Of a stretch of DNA of 64,000 bases, positions 1 to 13,024 are shown in pieces; positions within the stretch are counted from its first letter, which is position 1, and each line of letters starts with the position of its first letter. This DNA is from Gammaproteobacteria bacterium. GTDB taxonomy: Bacteria; Pseudomonadota; Gammaproteobacteria; JACKNK01. The stretch is from positions 4,659-68,658 of the forward strand of contig JBMYTL010000002.1 of the NCBI GenBank assembly GCA_049604295.1, read 5' to 3'. Both the position numbers and the translations under genes were made by a program. Below the pieces are notes generated by a model that saw only the letters and a list, made by a program, of their open reading frames with translations, had not been told where the DNA came from and did no database searches.

Positions 1-122
1 TCTGGTGGTGGGGGCCGAGTATTCGCTTGATGACGGTACGGTGGATTTCTTCGACGGCGTGCCCGACGAGCTCATCAACCGTTGACGCTGGCCCTCGGGT
101 GACAGGTACACGGGGCGTCGCT

Positions 123-659
123 TCAGCACTGGGTCTCGCGCAATGGAATCCGCAGCATCACGGCGCGCGGTGGCCCGGTCAGGATTCCGGCCAGCTTGCC
201 CCCCAGCTTGCTCGCCACGCGGATGGATGCAGCGTTCTCCGGATGGATGAGGCTGACAAGGCTGTCCGCGTCGAGATGCTCGCGGGCGTAGTCGACGATG
301 CGCGCCCCCGCTTCACTGGCGTAGCCCTGGCCCCAGAAGGCGCGTGCGAACACCCAGCCGGCCTCGATGCCGGGCCAGCCTTCGGGGTAGTGAAGCCCGG
401 CCCGGCCCAGAAAGACGCCGTCCTCGCGTCGTTCAACCGCCCACATGCCGAAACCACGTAGGTCCCAGTGCCCCAGGAGCATGGCCAACTGACGCCAGGC
501 CTGGCCCGCGTCGAGCACGGAGCAGTCACCGACCCAACGCATGACCTGCTCATCCGCGCAGAGCGCCGCATAGCTCTGAAAGTCGGCCCCGCACAGGGGC
601 CGTAGGTACAGACGTGGGGTCTCCAGCGTGGGTATGGAGACCGTGCCGGAGCTTGGCAT
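123..659 (-). CDS. GNAT family N-acetyltransferase (RimJ/RimL-like)
   Basis: ORF 123..665. The N-terminus (LETPRLYLRPL) and the acetyl-CoA pocket-like segment FWGQGYASEAG are typical of RimJ/RimL-type GNATs. The track start at 665 is TTG; the in-frame ATG at 659 lies 2 nt after the upstream stop and is preferred. Confidence 0.8.
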   Translation of the reverse strand: MPSSGTVSIPTLETPRLYLRPLCGADFQSYAALCADEQVMRWVGDCSVLDAGQAWRQLAMLLGHWDLRGFGMWAVERREDGVFLGRAGLHYPEGWPGIEAGWVFARAFWGQGYASEAGARIVDYAREHLDADSLVSLIHPENAASIRVASKLGGKLAGILTGPPRAVMLRIPLRETQC

Positions 660-661
660 CG

Positions 662-1159
662 TCAAACCGCGTCCGGGCCGGTCAGCTCATTGATCAGTTG
701 CAGGGTCTGGTCGCGGTCACCGAGTTCCTCCACGGGGGTCCAGGATGAATCAGCGCCGAGAAGATAGCTGCCCAGGAATTCGTGCGGACAGCGCCCGCGC
801 CACTCGTCGGGCGACAGCATGGACCAGATACTGAGGCCGTCGCTCTTGCGGTACAGGTGGTAGACCTTCCCCGGGATGCGCTGAAATCCACACTGGGCCC
901 TGTGCAGGTCCTGGTCGCGGCGCGTTTGCTCCAGGATGCCCCGGGCCTGTTCACGCAGTGCCTGGATCTGCTCGGCGATTACGCGCAGCTTGCCCGTGGC
1001 CGTGGCGGCAATCATCGAATCCGCCTCGTCGATCTGGCGGGCCACGTCGACCAGTTCGGTCGGGGCTCCAAGGCGGCTGACCGGGTAGGGCGCGGTGCGC
1101 GCTTCGCCGCTGTGTACCGAGCCGCCGCCGCGGTGCCGGGTGAGTTTGTCGTTGGACAT
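662..1159 (-). CDS. DUF2452-like conserved hypothetical protein
   Basis: 165-aa ORF with good codon bias, tightly coupled to the downstream GNAT gene. The family name is recalled from sequence resemblance only. Confidence 0.55.
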   Translation of the reverse strand: MSNDKLTRHRGGGSVHSGEARTAPYPVSRLGAPTELVDVARQIDEADSMIAATATGKLRVIAEQIQALREQARGILEQTRRDQDLHRAQCGFQRIPGKVYHLYRKSDGLSIWSMLSPDEWRGRCPHEFLGSYLLGADSSWTPVEELGDRDQTLQLINELTGPDAV

Positions 1160-1254
1160 GGTTCGCGGATCGTTTGTCGGAGCGGATCGAACCGCTTCGT
1201 GGGTGGAGTGGCGGGCAGTTTAGCGATGACGGACGCACCGCTACACTGAGTGCC

Positions 1255-2136
1255 ATGCTTGAAATACCTCGATACGGTTTTTTGCGGTGGGCCACGGCGC
1301 TGTTGCTGTGCTTCCTCATGGCACCCGCACTGGGTGCAAACGACCTGCTTTGGCGGATCAATGATGCCCAGGGGCAACATCGGGGTTGGCTCATGGGCAC
1401 GATCCACTCGGACGATGAGCGGATTCTGGATCTTCCGGCCCCGGTCTTGACCGCCCTGGAGTCCAGTCGGACCTACGTCTGGGAGTTGCGCGACGACAGC
1501 ATGGACCCGAACCTGATGCTGGTGGCCATGATGCTACCGGCGGGGGGAAAGCTCGTGGATCTCATCGGCGAGCGCGATATGGCGCGTGTACGCGCCGCCT
1601 TGGAGCGACACGGTTATCCCACACCGGTCGCCGACCACATGAAGCCTGCCATGGCCGCGCTGCTCATGAGTTATCCGCCGCCACGAAACGGTTTGTTCCT
1701 GGATCTCAAACTCAAGCAGCTTGCCCAGGAGCGGGGCCTCGCCACCACCGGCCTCGAGGCAGTGGCCGAGCAACTGGGAATCTTCGATGACCTGACCCGC
1801 CAGGAGGCGATCCAGTTCTTGCGCGCCACCCTGGATGAGTTGGACGAACAGCCGGACTGGATGGAGCGTTTGCACCGGGCCTACCTGAAGCGGGACCTGG
1901 ATGCCCTGGCCGGGTTGGCGCTGGCGAATTCCGGGCTCGCGGCCCATCCGGAACTCGAACGCAAGCTTTTCGACCGGGTACTGCACCGCAGAAACCGTGT
2001 GATGGCCGAACGACTCGAGCCACTCTTGCGGCAGGGCGATGTGTTCGTGGCCGTCGGTGCCCTGCACCTGGCCGGTGAAGGGGGGCTGGTGGATCGGCTG
2101 CGCGACGCCGGGTACCGTCTCAGCCCGGTCTATTGA
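1255..2136 (+). CDS. TraB/GumN family protein (secreted)
   Basis: ORF 1174..2136. The internal ATG at 1255 directly precedes a hydrophobic signal peptide (LLLCFLMAPALGA). The GTIHSDDERIL motif and the C-terminal VAVGALHLAGEGGL are typical of GumN/TraB. Confidence 0.8.
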   Translation: MLEIPRYGFLRWATALLLCFLMAPALGANDLLWRINDAQGQHRGWLMGTIHSDDERILDLPAPVLTALESSRTYVWELRDDSMDPNLMLVAMMLPAGGKLVDLIGERDMARVRAALERHGYPTPVADHMKPAMAALLMSYPPPRNGLFLDLKLKQLAQERGLATTGLEAVAEQLGIFDDLTRQEAIQFLRATLDELDEQPDWMERLHRAYLKRDLDALAGLALANSGLAAHPELERKLFDRVLHRRNRVMAERLEPLLRQGDVFVAVGALHLAGEGGLVDRLRDAGYRLSPVY

Positions 2137-2154
2137 TCCGGGTCTGATCGTTTT

Positions 2155-3600
2155 TCAGCGCGCTGCCTGACCTGCTGAAGCAGGCGTCATCGCTTGGGGG
2201 CTCCAGTACGGCATCAGTCCCATCCGGTCAGCGGGCACGCACCACGGCTCGTGAACGGCGATTCCGGGCAGGGCGATCAGCTCACCTTCGCAAACGATGG
2301 CCGGGTAGCTGTCCCTCAGCCACGGGGGAACGCCCTGGGCCCTCAACAGATCGCGCACCGCCTGGCGTGGGCGTGCGCGCGGCTTGATTGTGCGGGCCCG
2401 GCCGACAGGGACCAGGAGCAGGGTAGCGGTGTTGATGCGGCGCGTATCCAGTGCGCCTTCGCGACTGCACCAATGCAAGGTGCCGCGCGGATCACGCGGA
2501 TGCAGCTCTTCACCCGCTGTCAGGGGATGGCAATAGCCATGCGCCGCGTGGTCGACACGGTGGACGTGGATGCGGTCGTGCCAGCGACGCAGTACGGCAC
2601 CCTGCCACGCGATGTGGGCCAGACCGTCGTCGCGGCCACCTTGCGCCGGGGCGTTCATCATTTCGAGGCCCGCGAGCAGACGGCGTCGGGGCGGTACGCC
2701 CAGCCCCAGTGTTCGGAACCACTGGCGCAGGGCATTGGCTGCCCGTGCCGGGGACAGGTTCGCAAGGGCCTCGCGGTTCAGTGAGGCGCTCCCATGGGCC
2801 TCGACACGTGTATCGAGGCAGGCCAGATCGAGGTCGGCCAGGTCGTCCAGAAGGTTCGCGCTTTCCGCTTGCAATTCGCAGCTGCGCGCCAGCGCCCCGA
2901 TGCTGCCCGGGAAGGCGTCTTCCAGTGCGGGCAGAACGTCGTGACGCAGGGCATTGCGACGCAGACGGGTGTCGGTGTTGGAGGGGTCTTCGATCCAGGT
3001 GCCGGGATCGAGATGGGCGCGGGCCCAGGCCAGCAGGTCCTCCCGTCCCCAAGGCAGCAGGGGGCGGACCAACTCGCCCGATGCGAAGGCGCGTCGCGGT
3101 GCCATTGCCGCAAGTCCGTGGGGGCCGCTGCCTCGGGCAAGGTTGAGCAGCAGGGTTTCGGCCTGGTCGTCGCGGTGATGTGCCGTGAACACAACAGACC
3201 CGGGCTGCATGAGCCCGGCGAGGACCGCGTACCGCTCCGCCCGCGCGCGCGCTTCCGGGCTTTCGCCCGTCCTGGCACGGGCGTCGACACGCCGTGTAAG
3301 CAACGGAATATCCAGCGTTTGACACAGGCGTGCGCAATGGGTCGCCCAGTCCGCCGATGAGGGCTGGAGGCCGTGATCGACGTGAACCGCCTCCAGCCTG
3401 ACGCCGTCGGGGCGCAGCGTGGCCAGGGCATGCAGCAGGACCGTGGAATCCAGTCCACCACTGAGCGCGATCATCCAGTGTCCGGGGGAGGGGGCTCCGC
3501 CCTCTACGGGCAAGAGGGTGCGCAGATGTCCCGCCAGGGCCTCTGGATTGAAGAGGCGGGGAACGACGGCTTCAGGGCCGTGATCAGTCTTTGAACTCAC
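2155..3600 (-). CDS. tilS: tRNA(Ile)-lysidine synthetase
   Basis: PP-loop motif [12 protein letters not shown]. The 481-aa length is consistent with TilS. It sits immediately downstream of accA, overlapping it by 17 nt, which is the usual accA-tilS arrangement. Confidence 0.9.
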   Translation of the reverse strand: MSSKTDHGPEAVVPRLFNPEALAGHLRTLLPVEGGAPSPGHWMIALSGGLDSTVLLHALATLRPDGVRLEAVHVDHGLQPSSADWATHCARLCQTLDIPLLTRRVDARARTGESPEARARAERYAVLAGLMQPGSVVFTAHHRDDQAETLLLNLARGSGPHGLAAMAPRRAFASGELVRPLLPWGREDLLAWARAHLDPGTWIEDPSNTDTRLRRNALRHDVLPALEDAFPGSIGALARSCELQAESANLLDDLADLDLACLDTRVEAHGSASLNREALANLSPARAANALRQWFRTLGLGVPPRRRLLAGLEMMNAPAQGGRDDGLAHIAWQGAVLRRWHDRIHVHRVDHAAHGYCHPLTAGEELHPRDPRGTLHWCSREGALDTRRINTATLLLVPVGRARTIKPRARPRQAVRDLLRAQGVPPWLRDSYPAIVCEGELIALPGIAVHEPWCVPADRMGLMPYWSPQAMTPASAGQAAR

Positions 3601-4540
3601 CGTAGTTCATGAGCCGCTGATAGCGTTCGTCCAGCAGCTTGTCCACGGGCATGGAGGTCACCGCCTGCAGTGCATTGTCGATGGCATCGCGCACGTTGGC
3701 CATGGTGGCCGTGAAATCGCGGTGTGCGCCGCCGAGCGGCTCCTCGATGATGCCGTCGATGAGACCGATGCTCTGTAGGCGATCAGCGGTGAGTCCCAGT
3801 GCCTCGGCGGCCTCGGGTGCCTTCTCGGCGCTCTTCCAGAGGATGGAGGCACAGCCTTCGGGTGAGATAACGGAATAGGTGCTGTATTGGAGCATCAGGA
3901 CGCGGTCGCCAACGCCGATGGCAAGTGCCCCGCCTGAGCCGCCTTCGCCGATGACGGTAGCGATGATGGGGGTGCGGAGATCGGCCATGACGTAGAGATT
4001 GCGCGCAATGGCCTCGGACTGGCCGCGTTCCTCGGCGTCGATTCCCGGGTAGGCCCCCGGGGTGTCGATGAAGGTCAGAACGGGCATCTGGAAGCGCTCC
4101 GCCATGCGCATGATGCGCATGGCCTTACGGTAACCCTCGGGGCGGGGCATGCCGAAGTTGCGGCGGATCTTTTCCTTGGTGTCACGCCCTTTCTGGTGAC
4201 CGATGATCGCGACGGGGCGGCCGTCGAAGCGCGCGATACCCGAGACGATGGCCGGGTCATCGGAGAAGGCGCGATCACCGTGCAACTCTTCGAAATCGGT
4301 GAACAGGTGCTGGATGTAGTCGAGCGTGTACGGGCGCTCAGGGTGGCGGGCGAGCTGGGAGATCTGCCAGGGCGTCAGTTCGGAGAAGATCGACTCGGTC
4401 AGCGAGCGACTCTTGGTCTCCAGGCGCGTGACCTCCTCGTTTATATTGATCTCGTTGTCGTCACCGACATAGCGCAGCTCCTCGATCTTGGCCTGGAGTT
4501 CGGCAATCGGTTTTTCGAAATCGAGGAAGTGTTGACTCAT
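3584..4540 (-). CDS. accA: acetyl-CoA carboxylase carboxyltransferase subunit alpha
   Basis: 318-aa ORF with full-length resemblance to AccA ([18 protein letters not shown]..., [13 protein letters not shown]). Confidence 0.95.
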   Translation of the reverse strand: MSQHFLDFEKPIAELQAKIEELRYVGDDNEININEEVTRLETKSRSLTESIFSELTPWQISQLARHPERPYTLDYIQHLFTDFEELHGDRAFSDDPAIVSGIARFDGRPVAIIGHQKGRDTKEKIRRNFGMPRPEGYRKAMRIMRMAERFQMPVLTFIDTPGAYPGIDAEERGQSEAIARNLYVMADLRTPIIATVIGEGGSGGALAIGVGDRVLMLQYSTYSVISPEGCASILWKSAEKAPEAAEALGLTADRLQSIGLIDGIIEEPLGGAHRDFTATMANVRDAIDNALQAVTSMPVDKLLDERYQRLMNYGEFKD

Positions 4541-4772
4541 GGGAGATGGACTTCAGAAGGAGCCGGTCCGCTCGGTGGTGTGCCGACCCGAACGGAGCGG
4601 GGTCCAACGGGGCCGCAACCATTGAAGTCGGTCCCATTGGAGCCGGCAAAGTCGGGCCGGGCGATTATTGTTCTGATCCGGCCGTTAGCACTGCCGTGGA
4701 CGGGGCGGATGGTCGTACTCTAACGCGGATGAGGGGGCACTGCACCAACGTGGCGGACCGCCGTCCCGATGG

Positions 4773-4796
4773 AAAAAACGCCGCGATGGGGCGGCG
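4773..4796 (-). terminator. putative rho-independent terminator downstream of argB
   Basis: On the minus strand a CGCCGC / GCGGCG 6-bp stem with a 6-nt loop is followed by TTTTTT, beginning 12 nt after the argB stop. Confidence 0.5.
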
Positions 4797-4807
4797 CCAT
4801 GGTGGCG

Positions 4808-7254
<2,447 letters not shown>

Positions 7255-7265
7255 GGTCAAAGCGC

Positions 7266-8648
7266 TCAGAAGGGCAGGTCGAGGTCGGGTTTGGCCGCCA
7301 GCATGCGATCCCGGAACAGGCCCTGGATGCGCGCCAGTGCGTCCTCGTTGTCGGCCTCGAAGCGGATCACCAGGCAGGGGGTGGTGTTGGATGACCGCAC
7401 CAGGCCCCAGCAGTCGTCGAAATCCACGCGCAGCCCGTCGATATCGTTGATACGGGCATCGGGCCCGAAGTCGGCTTCGGCCTTGAGCGTGTCGATGAAG
7501 GCGAAGGTGGCGCCTTCCTCCATGCAGGTGTTGAGTTCCGGCGTATTGATGCTGTCCGGCAACTCGTCGAAGACTGTATCGGCGTCGCGACCGTCCTTCG
7601 CCAGGATCTCCAGCAGCCGCGCTGCGGCGTAGATCGCGTCGTCGAACCCGTACCAACGTTCCTTGAAGAACACGTGGCCGGACATCTCACCGGCAAGCGC
7701 GGCACCGGTTTCCTTCATCTTGGCCTTGATCAGGGAGTGGCCGGTCTTCCACATGAGCGGCTTGCCACCCGCCTCGGAGATGGCGCGCTCCACATGGGTG
7801 GAGCACTTGACGTCGTAGATGATGGTGGCGCCGCTATCGCGACTGAGCACGTCACGGGCCCAGAGCATGAGCAGGCGATCGGCATTGATGATCTTTCCCC
7901 TGGGTGTCACGACGCCTACCCGGTCGCCGTCTCCGTCGAAGGCCAAGCCGAGGTCGGCACCGGTCTCAGCCATGGCGCCGATGAGGTCCTGGAGATTGGC
8001 GGGTTTGCTCGGATCGGGGTGGTGATTGGGAAAATTGCCGTCGATGTCGCAGAACAGTTCAGTCAGTTCGCAGCCCAGCGCCTTGAGCACCCGTGGCGCG
8101 AGTTCGCCAGCGACGCCGTTGCCGCAATCCACGACCAGCTTGAGCGGCTTGTCGAGGCGGACATCGGACACAACCCGCTCAAGGTAGCGGGGCTCCAGGT
8201 CGATGGTTCGGCGGCTGCCACCGCCCTCAATGAAGTCGTTTTCCACGATGCGGCGGTAGAGGGTCTGGATCATGTCGCCAGCGATGGTCTCGCCGGCCAG
8301 GACCATCTTCAGGCCGTTGTAATCCGGCGGGTTGTGAGAGCCCGTGACCACGACGCAGGAATTGGTCTCATCGAGCACGGCGGCGGCGAAGTAGCCCACC
8401 GGTGTCGGGGTGCGCCCCACATCGATGACATCGCAACCGGCTGCCATGAGTCCTTCGGCGAGGGCATCGACCAGGCGGGGGCCGGAGAGCCGACCGTCAC
8501 GTGCCACGGCTACGGCGGTCTCACCACGCAGGCGCGCTTCGCTGCCCAGGGCCTGGCCAATGCCGCGAACGGCTTCCTCGCTGAGGGCCGTATCGACGAT
8601 GCCTCGGATGTCGTAGGCACGGAATATGGTGGGGTCGAGTGCGGTCAA
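7266..8648 (-). CDS. algC: phosphomannomutase/phosphoglucomutase
   Basis: Active-site loop TGSHNPPDYNGLK and metal loop FDGDGDRVG; 460 aa. Confidence 0.92.
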   Translation of the reverse strand: MTALDPTIFRAYDIRGIVDTALSEEAVRGIGQALGSEARLRGETAVAVARDGRLSGPRLVDALAEGLMAAGCDVIDVGRTPTPVGYFAAAVLDETNSCVVVTGSHNPPDYNGLKMVLAGETIAGDMIQTLYRRIVENDFIEGGGSRRTIDLEPRYLERVVSDVRLDKPLKLVVDCGNGVAGELAPRVLKALGCELTELFCDIDGNFPNHHPDPSKPANLQDLIGAMAETGADLGLAFDGDGDRVGVVTPRGKIINADRLLMLWARDVLSRDSGATIIYDVKCSTHVERAISEAGGKPLMWKTGHSLIKAKMKETGAALAGEMSGHVFFKERWYGFDDAIYAAARLLEILAKDGRDADTVFDELPDSINTPELNTCMEEGATFAFIDTLKAEADFGPDARINDIDGLRVDFDDCWGLVRSSNTTPCLVIRFEADNEDALARIQGLFRDRMLAAKPDLDLPF

Positions 8649-8875
8649 CGGGAATTCCTCGTCTGCGGGGTGGGGCGGGGAGTTTAGCCGATCAGGGCGC
8701 GGGGGTTGCCCATGGGCGCAATCCCTGGGGACCCGTCGGCATCCGCTTGGATGCCATGTCGGTCGGGTCGGGCCGGTGGGCTTAGGGGCGACGGATCAGA
8801 CGCCTCATACCAGTGGATGTATAGCGGCGGATTTACGCCGCGGCGAGTGCACGGATCTTGGTTCCGGATCGTAGT

Positions 8876-9979
8876 TCAGGGACGATGCGGCTGGGACAGG
8901 TATTCGGCCGATTGCATCTCCTGCAAACGACTGACCGTGCGCTCGTATTCAAAGGCCAGCTCACTGCCGACATACAGGTGCTCGATGGGCACCGCGCAGG
9001 ACACGATGACCTTGACGTTGCGATCGTAGAACTCGTCGATCAGGTGCGTGAACCGACGGGCGAAATCGTTCTTTCCATCGTCCAGTTGCGGAATGTCGGA
9101 GATCAGGGCCGTATGGAAGTAGCGGGCGATCTCGATCAGGTCGGTGCGCGCCCGCGGGACACCGCAGATCACGTCGAAATCGAACCAGACCACTCCATCG
9201 GTCCAGCGCACGGTCTCCATCTCGCGCTCATTGATGGTGATGACCGGAGGCTTGTCATGGGCGACGGCGGCGCTTTGGATGAAGGCTTCGTCCAAAGCGC
9301 GGTCGGTGTCGTCACCGAGGGGGTGATACCAGGTGGATGCCTGCTCGAGAGTGCGCAGGCGGTAGTCGGTGCCGCCGTCCACATTGAGCACATCGGTGTG
9401 GTCCTTGATGAGCCCGATGGCCTCGGTGAACATCCGCCGCAGCATGTATTCCTGGGCGAGTTCGTCCGGTTCGCGATTGGACGTGGTCACCAGGCACACC
9501 CCCCGTTCGAACAGTCCGCCAAGCAGACGGTTCATGATGGCGGCGTCGGCCACGTCACTGACGTGCATCTCGTCCAGGCAGAGAATCCGCCCTTCGGCCG
9601 CGATCTTGTCCGCGACCGTGTTCAGGGGGTCTGCCGTACCCTTCAAGGCATGCATCTCACGGTGCACCCGTTGCATGAAACGGTGGAAGTGATAGCGGTG
9701 CTTGTTGTCAAAGGGCAGGGTGTCGAAAAAGCTGTCCATGAGCCAGGTTTTGCCACGGCCCACGCCACCCCAGAGGTAAAGACCTTTCTCCGGTGGCCGC
9801 GCTTTATCGCGTTTTCCGAACAGTTTCTTCAGGAAGCCACCGCCTTCATCGGATTGCTCTTGTCGGCGTTCGAGCCGCTTCCAGAGCTCATCCAGCGCGC
9901 GCACGGCCGCCTCCTGGGCGGGATCGGCGGTGAAGTCCGGACTGTTGAGGGCTTTCCGGTAGCGCTCCAGCGGTGTCAT
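8876..9979 (-). CDS. zapE: cell division protein ZapE (AFG1-family ATPase)
   Basis: Walker A motif GLYLWGGVGRGKTWLMD and Walker B motif LCLDEMHV. ORF 8876..10054 is trimmed to the ATG at 9979 (MTPLERYRK). Confidence 0.88.
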   Translation of the reverse strand: MTPLERYRKALNSPDFTADPAQEAAVRALDELWKRLERRQEQSDEGGGFLKKLFGKRDKARPPEKGLYLWGGVGRGKTWLMDSFFDTLPFDNKHRYHFHRFMQRVHREMHALKGTADPLNTVADKIAAEGRILCLDEMHVSDVADAAIMNRLLGGLFERGVCLVTTSNREPDELAQEYMLRRMFTEAIGLIKDHTDVLNVDGGTDYRLRTLEQASTWYHPLGDDTDRALDEAFIQSAAVAHDKPPVITINEREMETVRWTDGVVWFDFDVICGVPRARTDLIEIARYFHTALISDIPQLDDGKNDFARRFTHLIDEFYDRNVKVIVSCAVPIEHLYVGSELAFEYERTVSRLQEMQSAEYLSQPHRP

Positions 9980-10142
9980 CGAGGGGGCGTCCGCATTGCG
10001 ATGTTGCGTTGCACAATGGCGCAGGATTGTGACCGTTGGTCCCCGTCCACGCAAGACGGGACAGGCGAATGCAGCCGCGCGCCCAACGCGCGCCGGCGCG
10101 GTGACGACATAACCCGGTTGGGGGCGGGTAGGGGCTGACGCT

Positions 10143-10814
10143 TCAGAAGGGAACGGGTGCCCGGAGGATCAGTGGTCCGCCATCGGGGTGTGTCGCCCGC
10201 AGACTGTGCGCATGCAGAAGCAATCGACCGGCCGCGTCGCGCACCGCGTCGGGGGCATAGAAGGGGCAGCCGAGAATGGGATGACCCAGGACGGACATGT
10301 GCACGCGCAACTGATGGGTCCGGCCAGTGATTGGGTGTAATGCCAATCGCGTGGTGTACGCACCCTGATTCCGCTCCAGGACCGTCCACCGGGTCAGGGC
10401 GGCCCTGCCGTTCTCCCGGTCGACCTTCTGGAGGGGCCGATTCGGCCAGTCGGTGATCAGGGGCAGGTCGACCTCGCCCTGTTCCTCGTGCACCAAGCCT
10501 GACACCACCGCCACGTACTCCTTGTGCACCAGGCGTTGTTCGAATTGCCTGTTCAGGTGCACGTGCGACTTGTGATCAAGCGCGAGGATCATGAGGCCGG
10601 AGGTGTGCATGTCCAGGCGGTGTACCACCCGAACACAGGGGAAGTCAGCCTGTAAGCGGCTCACCACGCTATCGTGGTTGCGCGGGTCACGGCCGGGCAC
10701 GCTGAGCAGCCCGGCGGGTTTGTCCACGACGATGAGGTGATCGTCCTGGTGGACGGTGATCAGATCCGCCTTGCAGGGTGGGGCGATGTAGCTGCTGTGA
10801 TCGGCGTCAGACAC
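10143..10814 (-). CDS. rluA: RluA-family pseudouridine synthase
   Basis: Catalytic motif HRLDMHTSGLMILA; 223 aa; GTG start. Confidence 0.82.
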   Translation of the reverse strand: MSDADHSSYIAPPCKADLITVHQDDHLIVVDKPAGLLSVPGRDPRNHDSVVSRLQADFPCVRVVHRLDMHTSGLMILALDHKSHVHLNRQFEQRLVHKEYVAVVSGLVHEEQGEVDLPLITDWPNRPLQKVDRENGRAALTRWTVLERNQGAYTTRLALHPITGRTHQLRVHMSVLGHPILGCPFYAPDAVRDAAGRLLLHAHSLRATHPDGGPLILRAPVPF

Positions 10815-10821
10815 GGGGGAG

Positions 10822-10896
10822 TTGTGGGAGCGGGCTCGCCCGCGAACGGGCTTGGGATTCTTCTCGGCCGATTCGCGGGCAAGCCCGCTCCTACGG
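10822..10896. repeat. REP-like inverted repeat pair (GGAGCGGGCT[C/T]GCCCGCGAA arms)
   Basis: The 20-bp arms at 10827-10846 and 10872-10891 are reverse complements with one mismatch, separated by 25 nt. The element sits between the purB stop and the rluA start. The arm sequence resembles the GGGAGCGGGCTTGCCCGCGAA-type REP units seen in pseudomonads and relatives. Confidence 0.6.
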
Positions 10897-10899
10897 GGA

Positions 10900-12402
<1,503 letters not shown>

Positions 12403-12472
12403 TCAAAGGTGGAGTGACACACTCGCGGTGCCACGATTTTCCAGCGTTCATTCCCCCAAAGGAGCGATCATC

Positions 12473-12943
12473 ATGACTCTTCGTTCGGTTCTTACCCTGG
12501 CCCTTGCCGGTTCCCTGCTTTCCGGTACTGCCCTGGCCCAGGACAAGGCGCAAGAGCGCATCCTCAAATACCGTCAGGCCTCCATGGCCCTGGTGGGTGA
12601 CAATTTCGGCTTCATGGGCGCGATGATGAAGGGGGAGATTCCCTGGAATGGTGAGGCCTTCGCCCGCCGTGCCCAGGATCTGGCCGCCGTCTCAAGCCTG
12701 GACCTTCTGCGCGGCTACCCGGAGGGTTCCGAGGGAGGCAAGACCAAGGCCAAGGCGGATATCTGGCTCTCCTTTGACGACTTCAAGGAAAAGATGGAAG
12801 CCTTCCAGGCGGCGGCTCCCGCGCTGGCAAAGGCCGCCCAGGCGGGTGACAAAGGGCAGGCGATGGATGCGTTCAAGGACACGGCCAAGACCTGCAAGGG
12901 CTGCCACAAGGAGTACAAGTCGAAGGAGTGGCTGAACCAGTAA
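12473..12943 (+). CDS. class II cytochrome c (cytochrome c'/c-556 family)
   Basis: A signal peptide (LALAGSLLSGTALA), a four-helix-bundle-sized mature protein and a single C-terminal CKGCH heme motif. An AAAGGAG ribosome-binding site lies 8 nt upstream of the ATG at 12473. Confidence 0.85.
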   Translation: MTLRSVLTLALAGSLLSGTALAQDKAQERILKYRQASMALVGDNFGFMGAMMKGEIPWNGEAFARRAQDLAAVSSLDLLRGYPEGSEGGKTKAKADIWLSFDDFKEKMEAFQAAAPALAKAAQAGDKGQAMDAFKDTAKTCKGCHKEYKSKEWLNQ

Positions 12944-12966
12944 GCCCTGGTTCCTAAGGCGCAAAG

Positions 12967-13000
12967 AAAAAGGCCCGGGTCGTGAGACCCGGGCCTTTTT
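12967..13000. terminator. bidirectional rho-independent terminator
   Basis: AAAAA-GGCCCGGGTC-GTGA-GACCCGGGCC-TTTTT: a perfect 10-bp GC stem flanked by an A-run and a T-run, between the convergent cytochrome c' and EF-G genes. Confidence 0.8.
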
Positions 13001-13024
13001 CGTGGCCGTTCGTCCGCGAGGGAC

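Noticed and set aside
7255-7656. N-terminal 134 codons of the track ORF 5899..7656
   Set aside because: This part overlaps the algC coding region in another frame and is Arg-rich nonsense. A signal-peptide-bearing ATG at 7254, 12 nt after the algC stop, is the credible start.
8858-10138. 426-aa plus-strand ORF
   Set aside because: It is antisense to zapE, a shadow ORF.
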